Origin: Bdellovibrionales bacterium
GTDB lineage: Bacteria; Bdellovibrionota; Bdellovibrionia; Bdellovibrionales; DASUEL01
Direction of reading: 5' to 3'
DNA: 64,000 nt
Assembly: GCA_050250255.1 (NCBI GenBank)
Contig: JBFWOZ010000004.1
Location: 1-64,000 of the forward strand
This document shows positions 39,323 through 49,965 of the stretch, piece after piece (position 1 is the stretch's first letter; every line of letters starts with the position of its first letter). The position numbers were made by a program, and so were the translations under genes. Below the pieces are notes generated by a model. It made no database searches, was not told where the DNA came from, and saw only the letters and a program-made list of their open reading frames with translations.

Positions 39323-41710
39323 ATGGCTTACAAACATCTCGAAATCGAAAAAAAGTGGCAGGATCAATGGGAAAAGTCCCAATCTTTTAGATCCGAAAAA
39401 TCTAGCAAACCTAAGTACTATGTTTTGGATATGTTCCCCTATCCCTCCTCACAAGGTCTACATGTAGGACATCCAGAGGGTTACACCGCTAGCGATATCG
39501 TTGCTCGCTATAAACGCGCAAAAGGTTTCAACGTTCTTCATCCTATGGGCTGGGATGCTTTTGGTCTTCCGGCTGAGCAATATGCCATTCAAACCGGTGT
39601 TCATCCGGCAAAAACCACCGAACAAGCCATCAATAACTTTCGTAAACAACTCAAAGCCTTCGGATTCAGTTACGACTGGAAAAGAGAAATCTCCACTTGT
39701 GATCCCAAATACTACAAATGGACTCAATACATTTTCACGAAACTCTACGAAAAAGGCCTCGCCTACCAAACCGAAGTTCCGGTGAATTGGTGCCCTGCTC
39801 TCAAAACCGTTCTTGCCAATGAAGAAGTGGTAGACGGGAAAAGCGAGCGCGGTGGTCACGATGTGTTTCGTGTTCCGATGAAGCAGTGGATGTTAAAGAT
39901 TACAGCTTACGCTGAACGCCTGATTAAAGATTTAGATAAAGTGGATTGGCCCGAAAGAACCAAAGACGCTCAAAAACATTGGATCGGAAAAAGCGAAGGT
40001 GCAAAAGTGCGCTTTGCTCTCGACGGTCACAAAGAAGAGCTCGAGATCTTCACCACTCGCCCCGACACGCTTTTCGGTGCGACCTTTATGGTGATTGCCC
40101 CTGAACATCCACTCGTTAATGCTATTACGACAAGCTCTCAACGTACAGCTGTCGAAAACTATAAAACGATGGCAGCCAAGAAGAGTGAAGTGGATCGTCA
40201 AACCGCTACAGAAAAAACGGGCGTTTTTACTGGCGGTCACGTTCTTCATCCTTTTTCGAAACAGAAAATTCCTGTGTGGATTGCAGACTATGTACTCATG
40301 GGTTACGGAACGGGCGCAATCATGGCAGTTCCAGGTCATGATGAAAGAGATTTTGAGTTTGCTAAAAAGTTTGATCTTTCCATTCCTCGCGTCATTGACG
40401 GCGGAGAGCTCCCTTACACCGGCGAAGGCTTGATGGTGAATTCAGATTTCCTGAATGGACTGACGTCCTCGCAAGCGATTGAAAAAATGATTCAACGTCT
40501 TGAACAAGATCGTTTGGGCGTAAGAAATGTGCAGTACAGACTTCGCGATTGGCTCTTTAGCAGACAAAGATATTGGGGTGAACCCTTCCCCATCATTCAT
40601 TATCCAGAAAAAGGAATGAAAACCGTAACTCTTGATGAGCTTCCCGTTCTTCTTCCTTCAGTTCCCGATTATGAACCCTCTGATTCCGGGGAGTCTCCAC
40701 TCGCAAAAATTAAAGAGTGGGTGCAAACAGAAGATGGAGCTCGTCGCGAAACCGACACGATGCCGGGTTCCGCAGGATCTTCTTGGTATTTTTTGAGATA
40801 CACCGATCCCCATAACGAAGCAGCGCCTTTTTCTTTTGAAGACCAAAATTACTGGATGCCAGTCGATCTTTACTTGGGCGGAGCAGAGCACACAGTAGGA
40901 CATCTTCTCTACGCACGCTTTTGGCAAAAGGTACTTTTTGATGTGGGGCTCGTGAGTCACGAAGAACCTTTCCAAAAGTTGATTCATCAGGGAATGATTT
41001 TGGGAGCCGATGGCGAAAAAATGTCAAAATCTCGCGGCAATGTTGTGAACCCCGACGTGGTCATTCAAGATTACGGCTCCGATGCGCTTCGAATTTTTCT
41101 CATGTTCATGGGACCACTTGATCGAGATAAACCTTGGTCTGATACGGGCATTCAGGGGACAAAAAGATTTCTTGATCGCGTTTGGAGACTCTGTTTCGAA
41201 GACGAAATAGGCGAAAAGTCTTTAGCCGAAGACATCACCGTTTCTCCCGAAATCAACAAAGTTCTTCACAAAACTATCAAAAAGGTCACCGAAGACATTG
41301 AAACTCTGAGTTTCAATACGGCCATTAGCCAGATGATGATTTTGGTGAATGAACTTTATCGAGCAGAGGTAAAACCCAAGTCGGTTCTGATGACTCTTTC
41401 GCAACTTCTCATGCCTTTTGCACCGCACCTTGCGGAACAAATCTGGGCGCAACTCGGTGGCGAAGGACTCGTATCGCTTGCACCTTGGCCTGAATTTGAT
41501 CCCGCGCTCACCAAAGATGACGTTCTGACTATTGCCGTTCAAGTGAATGGTAAAAAAAGAGGTACCATCGACACAAGTGAGACAACCACTCAGGAAGAAG
41601 CAATTGGACTCGCCAATTCCATTGAGACGGTTTCTAACGCACTCGCAGGGCTTCAAATCAAACAGGTGATCTACAAGGCCGGAAAAATCTTGAATATCAT
41701 TGCTAAATAG
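39323..41710 (+). CDS. leuS: Leucine-tRNA ligase
   Basis: MFPYPS..GLHVGH, SRQRYWG, KMSKS. Confidence 0.98.
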   Translation: MAYKHLEIEKKWQDQWEKSQSFRSEKSSKPKYYVLDMFPYPSSQGLHVGHPEGYTASDIVARYKRAKGFNVLHPMGWDAFGLPAEQYAIQTGVHPAKTTEQAINNFRKQLKAFGFSYDWKREISTCDPKYYKWTQYIFTKLYEKGLAYQTEVPVNWCPALKTVLANEEVVDGKSERGGHDVFRVPMKQWMLKITAYAERLIKDLDKVDWPERTKDAQKHWIGKSEGAKVRFALDGHKEELEIFTTRPDTLFGATFMVIAPEHPLVNAITTSSQRTAVENYKTMAAKKSEVDRQTATEKTGVFTGGHVLHPFSKQKIPVWIADYVLMGYGTGAIMAVPGHDERDFEFAKKFDLSIPRVIDGGELPYTGEGLMVNSDFLNGLTSSQAIEKMIQRLEQDRLGVRNVQYRLRDWLFSRQRYWGEPFPIIHYPEKGMKTVTLDELPVLLPSVPDYEPSDSGESPLAKIKEWVQTEDGARRETDTMPGSAGSSWYFLRYTDPHNEAAPFSFEDQNYWMPVDLYLGGAEHTVGHLLYARFWQKVLFDVGLVSHEEPFQKLIHQGMILGADGEKMSKSRGNVVNPDVVIQDYGSDALRIFLMFMGPLDRDKPWSDTGIQGTKRFLDRVWRLCFEDEIGEKSLAEDITVSPEINKVLHKTIKKVTEDIETLSFNTAISQMMILVNELYRAEVKPKSVLMTLSQLLMPFAPHLAEQIWAQLGGEGLVSLAPWPEFDPALTKDDVLTIAVQVNGKKRGTIDTSETTTQEEAIGLANSIETVSNALAGLQIKQVIYKAGKILNIIAK

Positions 41711-41736
41711 TTCGCTCCACTTGGAGCGAATTTTTT
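41711..41736 (+). terminator. Intrinsic terminator after leuS
   Basis: TTCGCTCCA/TGGAGCGAA stem plus T6. Confidence 0.85.
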
Positions 41737-41850
41737 CGACTCACCAGCGGCGATAATTTTTGAAAAATAATTTGATTTTTGGACGAAAATGTCCTGAAAC
41801 TGTCTTCTGTAAACGCCTTGAGCAACAAGGCTTTGAGGGGGTTTGAAGTC

Positions 41851-43836
41851 ATGGAACTAGTGAACCGAGCGTCTGAAAGGACATCAGTGGAAAAATTGAA
41901 AACTGAAACTCAACCTGCCACTCCTACACTAACTCCAACACCCCATAAAGCATGGACCGTTGAAGACAGCGAAGCGATCTACGGAATTAAAAATTGGGGC
42001 GCTGGTTATTTTAAAATTAACCCCAAAGGTCGTATCAGCATCACTCCTCATGGACCAAACGGTGCACAAGTAGATCTCCTAGAACTCATCGAAGATCTTC
42101 GTGATCGCGGAATTCGCACACCGATCTTAGTACGTTTTCCTGATATCGTAAAATCACGTATTCATCTTTTGAACAGCTGTTTTGATCGCGCCATTAAAGA
42201 GTATGGTTACAACGGCCGTTACTGTGGCGTTTATCCGATAAAAGTAAATCAACAAAAACATCTCGTAAAAGAAATCGTCAGCTGTGGGGCGAAGTACAAT
42301 TTAGGTCTTGAGTGCGGTAGCAAGCCAGAACTCCTCGTGGTTCTTGGACTTATGAACGCTCCCGACGCTCTCATCATTGCCAATGGTTTCAAAGATGAAG
42401 AATATATTGAGACCGCTCTTCTTTCTCAAAAACTTGGACGAAATACGATCATCGTTGTCGATCGCTACAGTGAACTTCAAATGATTCTCGCGGCCGCTAA
42501 AAAGGTGAACGCAAAACCTCGCATTGGTTTTCGCGCAAAACTGGAATCTAAAGGCTCTGGCCGTTGGATTGATTCATCAGGCGCACGCTCAAAATTTGGA
42601 CTTACTCCCGCTGAGATCGTTCAGGGCGTAGAGCTCTTAAAGCAAGAAAACATGCTCGACTGCTTAGAGCTTCTCCACTTTCATATTGGTTCTCAGATTT
42701 CTTCTATTCAAGCGATCAAATCCTCTCTTAAAGAAGGCACAAGATTTCTGGCAGAACTTTACGCCCTTGGCGCGCGTCCAAAATATATCGATGTTGGTGG
42801 GGGCCTTGGAGTAGATTATGATGGCTCGGGTGCTAGCGATAGCTCGATCAATTACAGCGAACAAGAATACGCAAACGATGTTGTTTCAACGATTCAAGCC
42901 ATCTGTGACGAAAGAAAGATTCCTCACCCAAATATCGTCACTGAGTCTGGCCGCTCTCTCGTGGCCCACCACTCCGTTCTCGTCTTTGATGTCCTTGGAG
43001 TGAACGAAGTCGCAAAGATGTCTTTCTCTCAACCTGTTGATGAAAATGATCATAAGATTACCCGCAGTCTTCACGAAATTTATGAAGGTCTAAAGCTTGA
43101 GAACATTCGCGAAAGTTATCACGATAGCCTCCAGTTTAAAGAAGAGGCTCTCCAGCTTTTCACTCTTGGATATTTAAGCCTTACACAACGAGCGAAAATC
43201 GAAAACCTTCTTTGGGCGATCAACACGAAAGTCGCAAAACTTGCGGCGACCAACGAAGATTATTCCGATATTATTCCGGCACTCTCTCAAGACATCACCG
43301 ACACCTATTTCTGTAATTTCTCGATCTTCCAATCCACACCAGATACCTGGGCTGTGGAACAACTTTTCCCTATCATGCCGATTCACCGCCTTAGCGAAGA
43401 GCCTCGCCGTAAAGCGGTTCTCGTCGATCTTACTTGTGACTCCGACGGAAAGCTGGATCGATTTATTTCTAATGAGCAGGAAAAAAAGAACGCTCTCGAA
43501 GTTCACTATCTTCAACCGAACACACCTTATTTCTTAGGCGCTTTCCTTATCGGAGCTTATCAAGAGATCCTTGGAGATCTTCATAACCTCTTTGGAGACA
43601 CCGATGCCGTTCATATCAACATCACCGAAGCGGGTTACACCGTTGAGGATGTTGTAGAAGGTGATTCCGTAGCCGAAGTTCTTTCTTACGTTCAGTACGA
43701 AAGATCAGAACTAGTCGACAGCATTCGTCGTGCAGCTGAGGCGGGGATTCAGCGCGGAACGATCACAAAACAAGAAGCTCGCCTCCTCTTAAAGCATTAT
43801 GAGGAAGGCTTAGCAGGCTACACTTACTTGGAATAA
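41851..43836 (+). CDS. speA: Biosynthetic arginine decarboxylase
   Basis: YPIKVNQ, GSKPEL, HFHIGSQI, DVGGGL, TCDSDG, GAYQEILG; start estimated. Confidence 0.97.
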   Translation: MELVNRASERTSVEKLKTETQPATPTLTPTPHKAWTVEDSEAIYGIKNWGAGYFKINPKGRISITPHGPNGAQVDLLELIEDLRDRGIRTPILVRFPDIVKSRIHLLNSCFDRAIKEYGYNGRYCGVYPIKVNQQKHLVKEIVSCGAKYNLGLECGSKPELLVVLGLMNAPDALIIANGFKDEEYIETALLSQKLGRNTIIVVDRYSELQMILAAAKKVNAKPRIGFRAKLESKGSGRWIDSSGARSKFGLTPAEIVQGVELLKQENMLDCLELLHFHIGSQISSIQAIKSSLKEGTRFLAELYALGARPKYIDVGGGLGVDYDGSGASDSSINYSEQEYANDVVSTIQAICDERKIPHPNIVTESGRSLVAHHSVLVFDVLGVNEVAKMSFSQPVDENDHKITRSLHEIYEGLKLENIRESYHDSLQFKEEALQLFTLGYLSLTQRAKIENLLWAINTKVAKLAATNEDYSDIIPALSQDITDTYFCNFSIFQSTPDTWAVEQLFPIMPIHRLSEEPRRKAVLVDLTCDSDGKLDRFISNEQEKKNALEVHYLQPNTPYFLGAFLIGAYQEILGDLHNLFGDTDAVHINITEAGYTVEDVVEGDSVAEVLSYVQYERSELVDSIRRAAEAGIQRGTITKQEARLLLKHYEEGLAGYTYLE

Positions 43837-43838
43837 GA

Positions 43839-44891
43839 ATGAGCTTTAACCCTAACGATGTCGCTTCAGCAGATTCAGGTATTTTTGGTCTTCCCTACAC
43901 GGAAGATGAAGCGAAGCTCGTAATTGTGCCGATCCCCTGGGAAGCTACGGTTTCTTACGGCGGCGGCACTTCACGCGGACCAGAACTTGTTTTACAGGCC
44001 AGCAAACAAGTCGATCTTTTCGACCTTGAACTTCAAAATGCTTTTGAAGTTGGCTACTACATGGAGCCCATCTCTCACGAAGTAGATTCCATGAACGAGC
44101 GGGCAAAATCTCGCGCGCAACTCGTGATTGAAGCGGCCATACATCCCGAATCTCACAAGAACAAATCAGAAATCAATGAGGCCTCAGAAGAAGTAAACGT
44201 TCTTGGCGATAAACTGAACACTTGGGTTTACGAACAAACTAAAAAATGGCTCAAAAAAGATAAGCTCGTCGGCCTTTTAGGGGGAGATCACTCCACTCCT
44301 TACGGAGCCATTCGTGCCATCAGCGAAAAATATAAAGGTGACTTTGGGATTTTACATATCGATGCCCATGCGGATCTTCGTGATGCCTATGAAGGCTTCA
44401 CTTGGTCTCACGCGTCCATCATGTTCAACGTCATGCAAAGTGATTTCAAACCCAAAAAACTTGTTCAGATAGGAATCAGGGATTTTTGTGAAGAGGAATA
44501 TGAGCTTATTCGCTCTCGTGATGATATTAAAAGTTATTTCGATACTGAAACTCAAAGAAAACTTCTAGCAGGCAAACCTTGGGCTGAACTTGCCGAAGAC
44601 ATGATTTCTCAACTTCCTGAGAATGTTTATGTTTCATTCGATATTGATGGTTTGGATCCCAGTCTTTGCCCCAATACAGGCACACCAGTTCCTGGTGGAT
44701 TAAATTTCCACCAAGTTCTTACTCTCTTGCGGCTCCTTCACGAAAAGAAAAAACGCATCGTGGGTTTTGACCTTAACGAAGTCTCTGGCGGTTCTGAGAG
44801 CATTGAATGGAACGGCAACATTGGAGCTCGTATCCTCTACAAACTTTGTGGTTGGACCGTGATCACAAATCAACTCTATAAACCCACATGA
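43839..44891 (+). CDS. speB: Agmatinase
   Basis: GGDHS, DAHADLR, SFDIDGLDP, TGTPVPGG; directly follows speA. Confidence 0.93.
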   Translation: MSFNPNDVASADSGIFGLPYTEDEAKLVIVPIPWEATVSYGGGTSRGPELVLQASKQVDLFDLELQNAFEVGYYMEPISHEVDSMNERAKSRAQLVIEAAIHPESHKNKSEINEASEEVNVLGDKLNTWVYEQTKKWLKKDKLVGLLGGDHSTPYGAIRAISEKYKGDFGILHIDAHADLRDAYEGFTWSHASIMFNVMQSDFKPKKLVQIGIRDFCEEEYELIRSRDDIKSYFDTETQRKLLAGKPWAELAEDMISQLPENVYVSFDIDGLDPSLCPNTGTPVPGGLNFHQVLTLLRLLHEKKKRIVGFDLNEVSGGSESIEWNGNIGARILYKLCGWTVITNQLYKPT

Positions 44892-45835
44892 GAGTAACGC
44901 CTAAGGCTCAAGCTGAGAAATTTGCTACTAAGCTCATCTCAGATCCGGTCAAAAGAGAGCAGTTTCTCGAATTTCTTTTTCAAGATTGTGAACAAACAAG
45001 TCTCATCTGCCTTTCTCCAGAAACTCAGAACTTACCATTTGAAACCTTGGAACCCTTCCCGCAGCAACCCTCCTTTATTCAAAGACCAAAGAGTAAATCA
45101 GAAGCCACCAAAAGTCCGCTCCATGAACAAGGCGCCTATTACTGTCTCGATTATTCCTCGGTCTTAGAAGCCCTACCTTTAACTGCGTTAAAGCTTCATC
45201 ATCCTGTTGTTCTCGATCTCTGTGCCGCACCTGGAGGAAAATCTCTCTTTGCGTGGCGGGCACTACAACCAAGTCTTCTCCTTTCAAACGAAGTGACTCA
45301 ATCTCGCGTGAAGATGTTAATCTCGAATATCAAACGCTGTGGTGTGAAGCCCGTAAAGATTCTTTCGCAAGCCCCACAGAAACTTGTGGAACGCCTTGAA
45401 AGCTCCGTGAACGTCCTCTTGATCGATGCTCCTTGCACCGGCCAATCCCTCGTCGCCAAAAAACAATCGGCACCAGGCGCGTTTAGCACTCACCAAATTA
45501 ATGGAAATGCCATGAGACAAAGAGGCATTATTTCGAGCGGCGGCCAAATGCTTGCAAGCGGCGGCTATCTTCTTTACACGACTTGCACCTACTCGAGAGA
45601 AGAAAACGAAGATATTATCGAATGGTTCTTAAAAAAGAATGACGACTTCGAGTCGGTTGCGGTCCCAGCACTTTTAGAATTTCAGTCGGAATTTATGAAA
45701 GAAAATTGTTATCGTTTTTGGCCCGATCCTCAAAGAGGTGCCGGTGGATTCTCTTGCCTCTTGCGACGAAAAGGGGATGCTCCCGAGGCTCTTCCAGATC
45801 TCACAGAGCTTCCACATGTCTGGGCAAATATTTAA
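44888..45835 (+). CDS. RsmB/RsmF-family RNA m5C methyltransferase (short form)
   Basis: DLCAAPGGKS, DAPC, YTTCT..EENE. Confidence 0.9.
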   Translation: MRVTPKAQAEKFATKLISDPVKREQFLEFLFQDCEQTSLICLSPETQNLPFETLEPFPQQPSFIQRPKSKSEATKSPLHEQGAYYCLDYSSVLEALPLTALKLHHPVVLDLCAAPGGKSLFAWRALQPSLLLSNEVTQSRVKMLISNIKRCGVKPVKILSQAPQKLVERLESSVNVLLIDAPCTGQSLVAKKQSAPGAFSTHQINGNAMRQRGIISSGGQMLASGGYLLYTTCTYSREENEDIIEWFLKKNDDFESVAVPALLEFQSEFMKENCYRFWPDPQRGAGGFSCLLRRKGDAPEALPDLTELPHVWANI

Positions 45836-46702
45836 TTATTGCGTGAGAAGCTCTTGAACCGTTTCTGAAGTTTCAAATTTTCGACCAATCTCAATCATTG
45901 GATAGTAAGAGCTAGGAAGTCGATTGTACTCATTTTCATCTCTTCGCGCCTGCTCCCATATATTACGAATTTCAGTCGCCTCTTTTAAAACCGTAGCAAT
46001 GAGAGCTTTATTATTTTTATTTTTTAAAATGAGAGCCGAATAAAGTTTTTTATCTTTCGCCTGAAAATCAATCAAATATTCCATTAGGACATTTCGTCGA
46101 TGGATCATTTCAAGAGGAGTTAACGAAACCGTATTGGTTCTCCAATCAAGCCATGGAAATTTATTTTGGATGTTGACCTTAACGCTTGAGATATGGAGCT
46201 TTTCTAAAAGGTATTGCAGTTCGAGATCTTTAGATTTTTCATCATTTCTTTTAAGCATGGCCATATCGACTTCTTGTAGAGCCGCCGTATCGGTTTTGAG
46301 GTTGGTATTCACACGCGGAAATTCTGATTTCTTTTCTAAGCAACCCCACTTATCCGTCTTGGGTAAATACATGCATTCTTTGGAACCCAAGTCGAAATGC
46401 ACATCGCCCGCGGAGTGAGCAAGCTCGGTGTACACATCGGCCTGATCAATATCACCGCATTTTAATGTTCGATCTAAACCCGCCAGAGGATTATTGGTTT
46501 TATTTTTTTCGTTAAAACGCTTCACAAGATTGCGGATGACTTGAAGATCATGCTTCTCGATCACCGCTAGCATATCGGCACGGCATTTTTTTACCTCAGC
46601 CTGACTCACTTTCTCTTTTTGAGCATCGGCTAAATTGAAAATTTTTTGAGTGGTTGTGCAACCTGTAAAAACCAATAAGCTTATAGCAACAGTGAATTTC
46701 AC
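45836..46702 (-). CDS. Hypothetical lipoprotein
   Basis: GTG start at 46702 after AAGGAA; lipobox FTGC. Confidence 0.75.
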   Translation of the reverse strand: MKFTVAISLLVFTGCTTTQKIFNLADAQKEKVSQAEVKKCRADMLAVIEKHDLQVIRNLVKRFNEKNKTNNPLAGLDRTLKCGDIDQADVYTELAHSAGDVHFDLGSKECMYLPKTDKWGCLEKKSEFPRVNTNLKTDTAALQEVDMAMLKRNDEKSKDLELQYLLEKLHISSVKVNIQNKFPWLDWRTNTVSLTPLEMIHRRNVLMEYLIDFQAKDKKLYSALILKNKNNKALIATVLKEATEIRNIWEQARRDENEYNRLPSSYYPMIEIGRKFETSETVQELLTQ

Positions 46703-46718
46703 GAGCTTTTCCTTATTC

Positions 46719-47354
46719 TTATTGTTCAAATGCATAGGCCGCAGAAAACAAAAAGGCCGAGTTATAAATTTCGTAATTCTCACTCACAGAAACCAAGCCA
46801 CGAAGATATTGAAGACTTACAATAAAACTAGAGTCCTGATCTTGAATCCATCTCTTACCCACACTCACTACGGCTTGGAAATCATAGTCTCTCGTTTTTA
46901 AGTGATACGTTTCGCTTACCTGTCCATCACTAAGATTAAGATGTTTAGAAAAAGCATAGGAGGGTAAAATAGACGCTTTTACGAACCATGGATTAATTGG
47001 AGTGAGTTCATACTTCACACCAAGGGGAATGGCGAAATATCCGATGTCATAGTTAATACTCAAGTTCTCGAATTTACCCCTAGAGCCGAGTTGGCGATAA
47101 AGAAAACCCGTTTCAAACGTCGCCTGTGTAGATCCAAATTCTATCAAGGCCCCAACCCCATAACCAAATTTTTGACTTTGTTCGTAGTTGATATCACCTT
47201 GAAATGAACTCGTAACTAAGCTCAGCTCAGGACTAAAGCGACGTGTAAAACCCTTTTCTTTCTGAAGCATTTGGAGCGCTGGACTCACCGAGGCTGGATT
47301 TTCCGATGACCACGACAGACAAGTGGATAGGAAAAGACTTAAGAATAAAAACAT
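46719..47354 (-). CDS. Outer-membrane beta-barrel protein
   Basis: Signal peptide, alternating aromatic strands, YFAIPLGVKY, terminal AYAF. Confidence 0.8.
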   Translation of the reverse strand: MFLFLSLFLSTCLSWSSENPASVSPALQMLQKEKGFTRRFSPELSLVTSSFQGDINYEQSQKFGYGVGALIEFGSTQATFETGFLYRQLGSRGKFENLSINYDIGYFAIPLGVKYELTPINPWFVKASILPSYAFSKHLNLSDGQVSETYHLKTRDYDFQAVVSVGKRWIQDQDSSFIVSLQYLRGLVSVSENYEIYNSAFLFSAAYAFEQ

Positions 47355-47488
47355 ATATATCCCTCTTTGAAGGCTCATTTCTACTCAAAGGAGACTTAGG
47401 AATAAATATAAGAGATCGAAAATGAACTCTTTTCTATGAAAACTTTCCTCGGTTGACCCTTAGGAGGGCCTTCTATAGCTAAATAGGT

Positions 47489-48691
47489 ATGACAAAAAAG
47501 TATCTGGTTTTATTTTCTATCATACTAGGCAGTTTCAAAGTGGCTTTCGCCCAAATGCCTGCTTCTAAGATTCAACCCTTCTCTCCACTGACGGGTCCTT
47601 ATGCGGTCGGTACAGTTCAATTTGAGTGGACGGATTTGGACCATGAAGAGATTTTTACAAGCAAAGTGGGCGACAAAAGAGTGGTCGTCGCTCAGATTTG
47701 GTATCCCGCCAATAAGACCAACACTTCGCCCAATGCCCCTTATCTTTTGAGTCCATTAGAATTTTCAGGTGTCACCAAAGATGCAAAACGACTTCAGATT
47801 GCCAATTCTCTAGTTCAAACTCGCTCCCATATAAATGTTCCGGTCGCCACCGCTCAATCTCAATATCCGATATTAATCTATAATCCCGGCGGTGCGAACA
47901 CTCGATTTCTTAGTTCCTTCGTAACAGAGCAACTTGCTAGTCATGGTTTCATTGTTGTTGCGATTGAGCATTACGGCAATAGCATGGCGACTCATTTTCC
48001 AGATGGTAGCCCCATGAATTTTGATCGCCCACCGGTCAAGCACTATCCAGAAGATCGTCCGCTTCCGTCTCCAGAGCAATACGAAAAAGAAGCTCTCGAG
48101 AGCATAAAGGAACGCGATGAGAACCTGATGCCGATTTATCTGCAAGATACTCATTTTATTATAAGTAAAATTCGAGAACTTCATCGAACAAATAATCTTT
48201 TTCGTGGTCGATTTAATTTCGATAAATTAGGAGCACTCGGATGGTCTTTCGGAGGTGCTACTTCGATACAACTTCTTGTAAACGACAGAAGGTTTAAAGC
48301 TGCCGCAAATCTCGATGGCCAACTCTCAGGAGTCGGTAAAGAATCAATGGAAACTCACAAACCATTTCTCCTGCTCACAAGCTCACCAACAGAGTATTCG
48401 AAAGACCCAATGGGAAAGGTGATGGCTCGGCTGGATAAAATGACCGCACGCTGGACCACCTGGCTCTTAAACTACTCAACAGGCCCTCGCTACCATTCGG
48501 CCGTAGCAGGAACGGATCACGGGAGTTTTTCTGATTGGAATATCCTTCTTGCGTTCGCTGATTGGCAATTCAAAATCCCTTCTAAAGATACGGAAGCCAT
48601 CGAAGCTGCACGCAAAAAATACGAAGTTCAAAAAAATCGTGAGCAAACGATCAGTGATTTAGTAGTAAAGTTCTTCCTCAGACACCTTTAG
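47489..48691 (+). CDS. Secreted PAF-acetylhydrolase-like alpha/beta hydrolase
   Basis: GPYAVG, QIWYP, LASHGFIVVAIEH, GWSFGG, NLDG, HGSFSD. Confidence 0.88.
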   Translation: MTKKYLVLFSIILGSFKVAFAQMPASKIQPFSPLTGPYAVGTVQFEWTDLDHEEIFTSKVGDKRVVVAQIWYPANKTNTSPNAPYLLSPLEFSGVTKDAKRLQIANSLVQTRSHINVPVATAQSQYPILIYNPGGANTRFLSSFVTEQLASHGFIVVAIEHYGNSMATHFPDGSPMNFDRPPVKHYPEDRPLPSPEQYEKEALESIKERDENLMPIYLQDTHFIISKIRELHRTNNLFRGRFNFDKLGALGWSFGGATSIQLLVNDRRFKAAANLDGQLSGVGKESMETHKPFLLLTSSPTEYSKDPMGKVMARLDKMTARWTTWLLNYSTGPRYHSAVAGTDHGSFSDWNILLAFADWQFKIPSKDTEAIEAARKKYEVQKNREQTISDLVVKFFLRHL

Positions 48692-48723
48692 CCCAAACCC
48701 TAGATAATAAAATATTAAAACGC

Positions 48724-49599
48724 TTATTTATATTGCAAAACTTTTTGCGAGCTCACACTCAACATCGTTTCGATTTCTTGGTTGGTAAAACCAATTTTTC
48801 GTAAATTCTCAAGAGTCGACACCATTGTGTTCGTCAAGATAGAGTCTGAGCCAAACACCGTGTTCTCAACACCCCATTTACGCACGTACCAGAGCAAAAC
48901 ATTTTTTTCGATATGGTCTTTATAGGCGTCACTAATCCAGCTTAGCTCCAAAAAGACATTTCTTCGCGCATTAGGAGTGCGGTCATAGTAATTAAGCGCA
49001 TAATCAAGACCACGGTAGTTATGAAAATACGTGTGAAAGAATACAAATGGAGTGTTCGGAAAACCTCTCGCTAGAACGGATAAGAAAATATCTGAAAACG
49101 GGTCGTAGAAAGCGGAGTGAACCAGGACAATCATATCTAAAGCATCGACTTTTGCGAAATAAGTACGAAACAACTGCTGTATTTCGACGCTTTGAAAATT
49201 CATTTTTTTCGAGTTCCCAAATGGATGAACTTTCACCGATTTTATTTTGAGCTCTGTATGGCAACGCTCAAGTTCTTCATGGGCCCACGTCACGTTCAGC
49301 GGAACCCCACAAGCTGCAATAAATTTATTAGGGAATTTTTCCGCCTGCTGTGCAACGAATTCATTTTCGATTTGCGATTTAGCTCGCTCTGTCTCTTCTG
49401 TCAAATAACCCGAGCTAATGAGAACAGCTTTTGCGAGACCCGCTTCTTGCATTTTCGCAAGCACATTGTCGATATAGTCTGCGTCTTGAGGAGTCGCTGT
49501 CGATCTTACGTGTACATGAAAGTCCACCGACTCTGCTAGAGCTGGGAGCGCAAACAAATGAAAAGCCAAAAAGAAGTAACCAACTAATGTTTTATTCAT
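48724..49599 (-). CDS. Secreted amidohydrolase (amidohydro_2-like)
   Basis: Signal peptide; DFHVH, VKVHP, LVH, FFH, VFGSD. Confidence 0.85.
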   Translation of the reverse strand: MNKTLVGYFFLAFHLFALPALAESVDFHVHVRSTATPQDADYIDNVLAKMQEAGLAKAVLISSGYLTEETERAKSQIENEFVAQQAEKFPNKFIAACGVPLNVTWAHEELERCHTELKIKSVKVHPFGNSKKMNFQSVEIQQLFRTYFAKVDALDMIVLVHSAFYDPFSDIFLSVLARGFPNTPFVFFHTYFHNYRGLDYALNYYDRTPNARRNVFLELSWISDAYKDHIEKNVLLWYVRKWGVENTVFGSDSILTNTMVSTLENLRKIGFTNQEIETMLSVSSQKVLQYK

Positions 49600-49839
49600 A
49601 AGTTCGATCTATGGGGATACACATTTTCTGTCAATAAAAGTTATTGACCCACCGAGCGGTGCGCACTGCCCGAGCGCGGCGATTCTCATGATCCGACCTT
49701 CGATAAGATAGTCTGCTCCATCTACCGTTCATTTTCTTTAAGCTTCGATTTTATTTTGCAACCTCCTCGAATGCCGCAGTCTGCAAGGTGCAAACTGGGA
49801 TTCAAGGATAGAACCTCCTACTGAGAATAGGAGGAAGGT

Positions 49840-49965
49840 ATGAACAACCAACACATTGTTCGTATCGTAAAAGACCGAAGAAAACTGAAGGCCTGGATTC
49901 GTAGAACGTATGTGATTTTATCTTGGTTGAAGCTTCTTTGGTTCATCTGGACTTTGTTCCGTTAG
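49840..49965 (+). CDS. 41-aa cationic/hydrophobic peptide, candidate type I toxin (below ORF-track cutoff)
   Basis: MNNQHIVRIVKDRRKLKAWIRRTYVILSWLKLLWFIWTLFR; SD AGGAGG sequestered in a CCTCCTA/TAGGAGG hairpin. Confidence 0.65.
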   Translation: MNNQHIVRIVKDRRKLKAWIRRTYVILSWLKLLWFIWTLFR

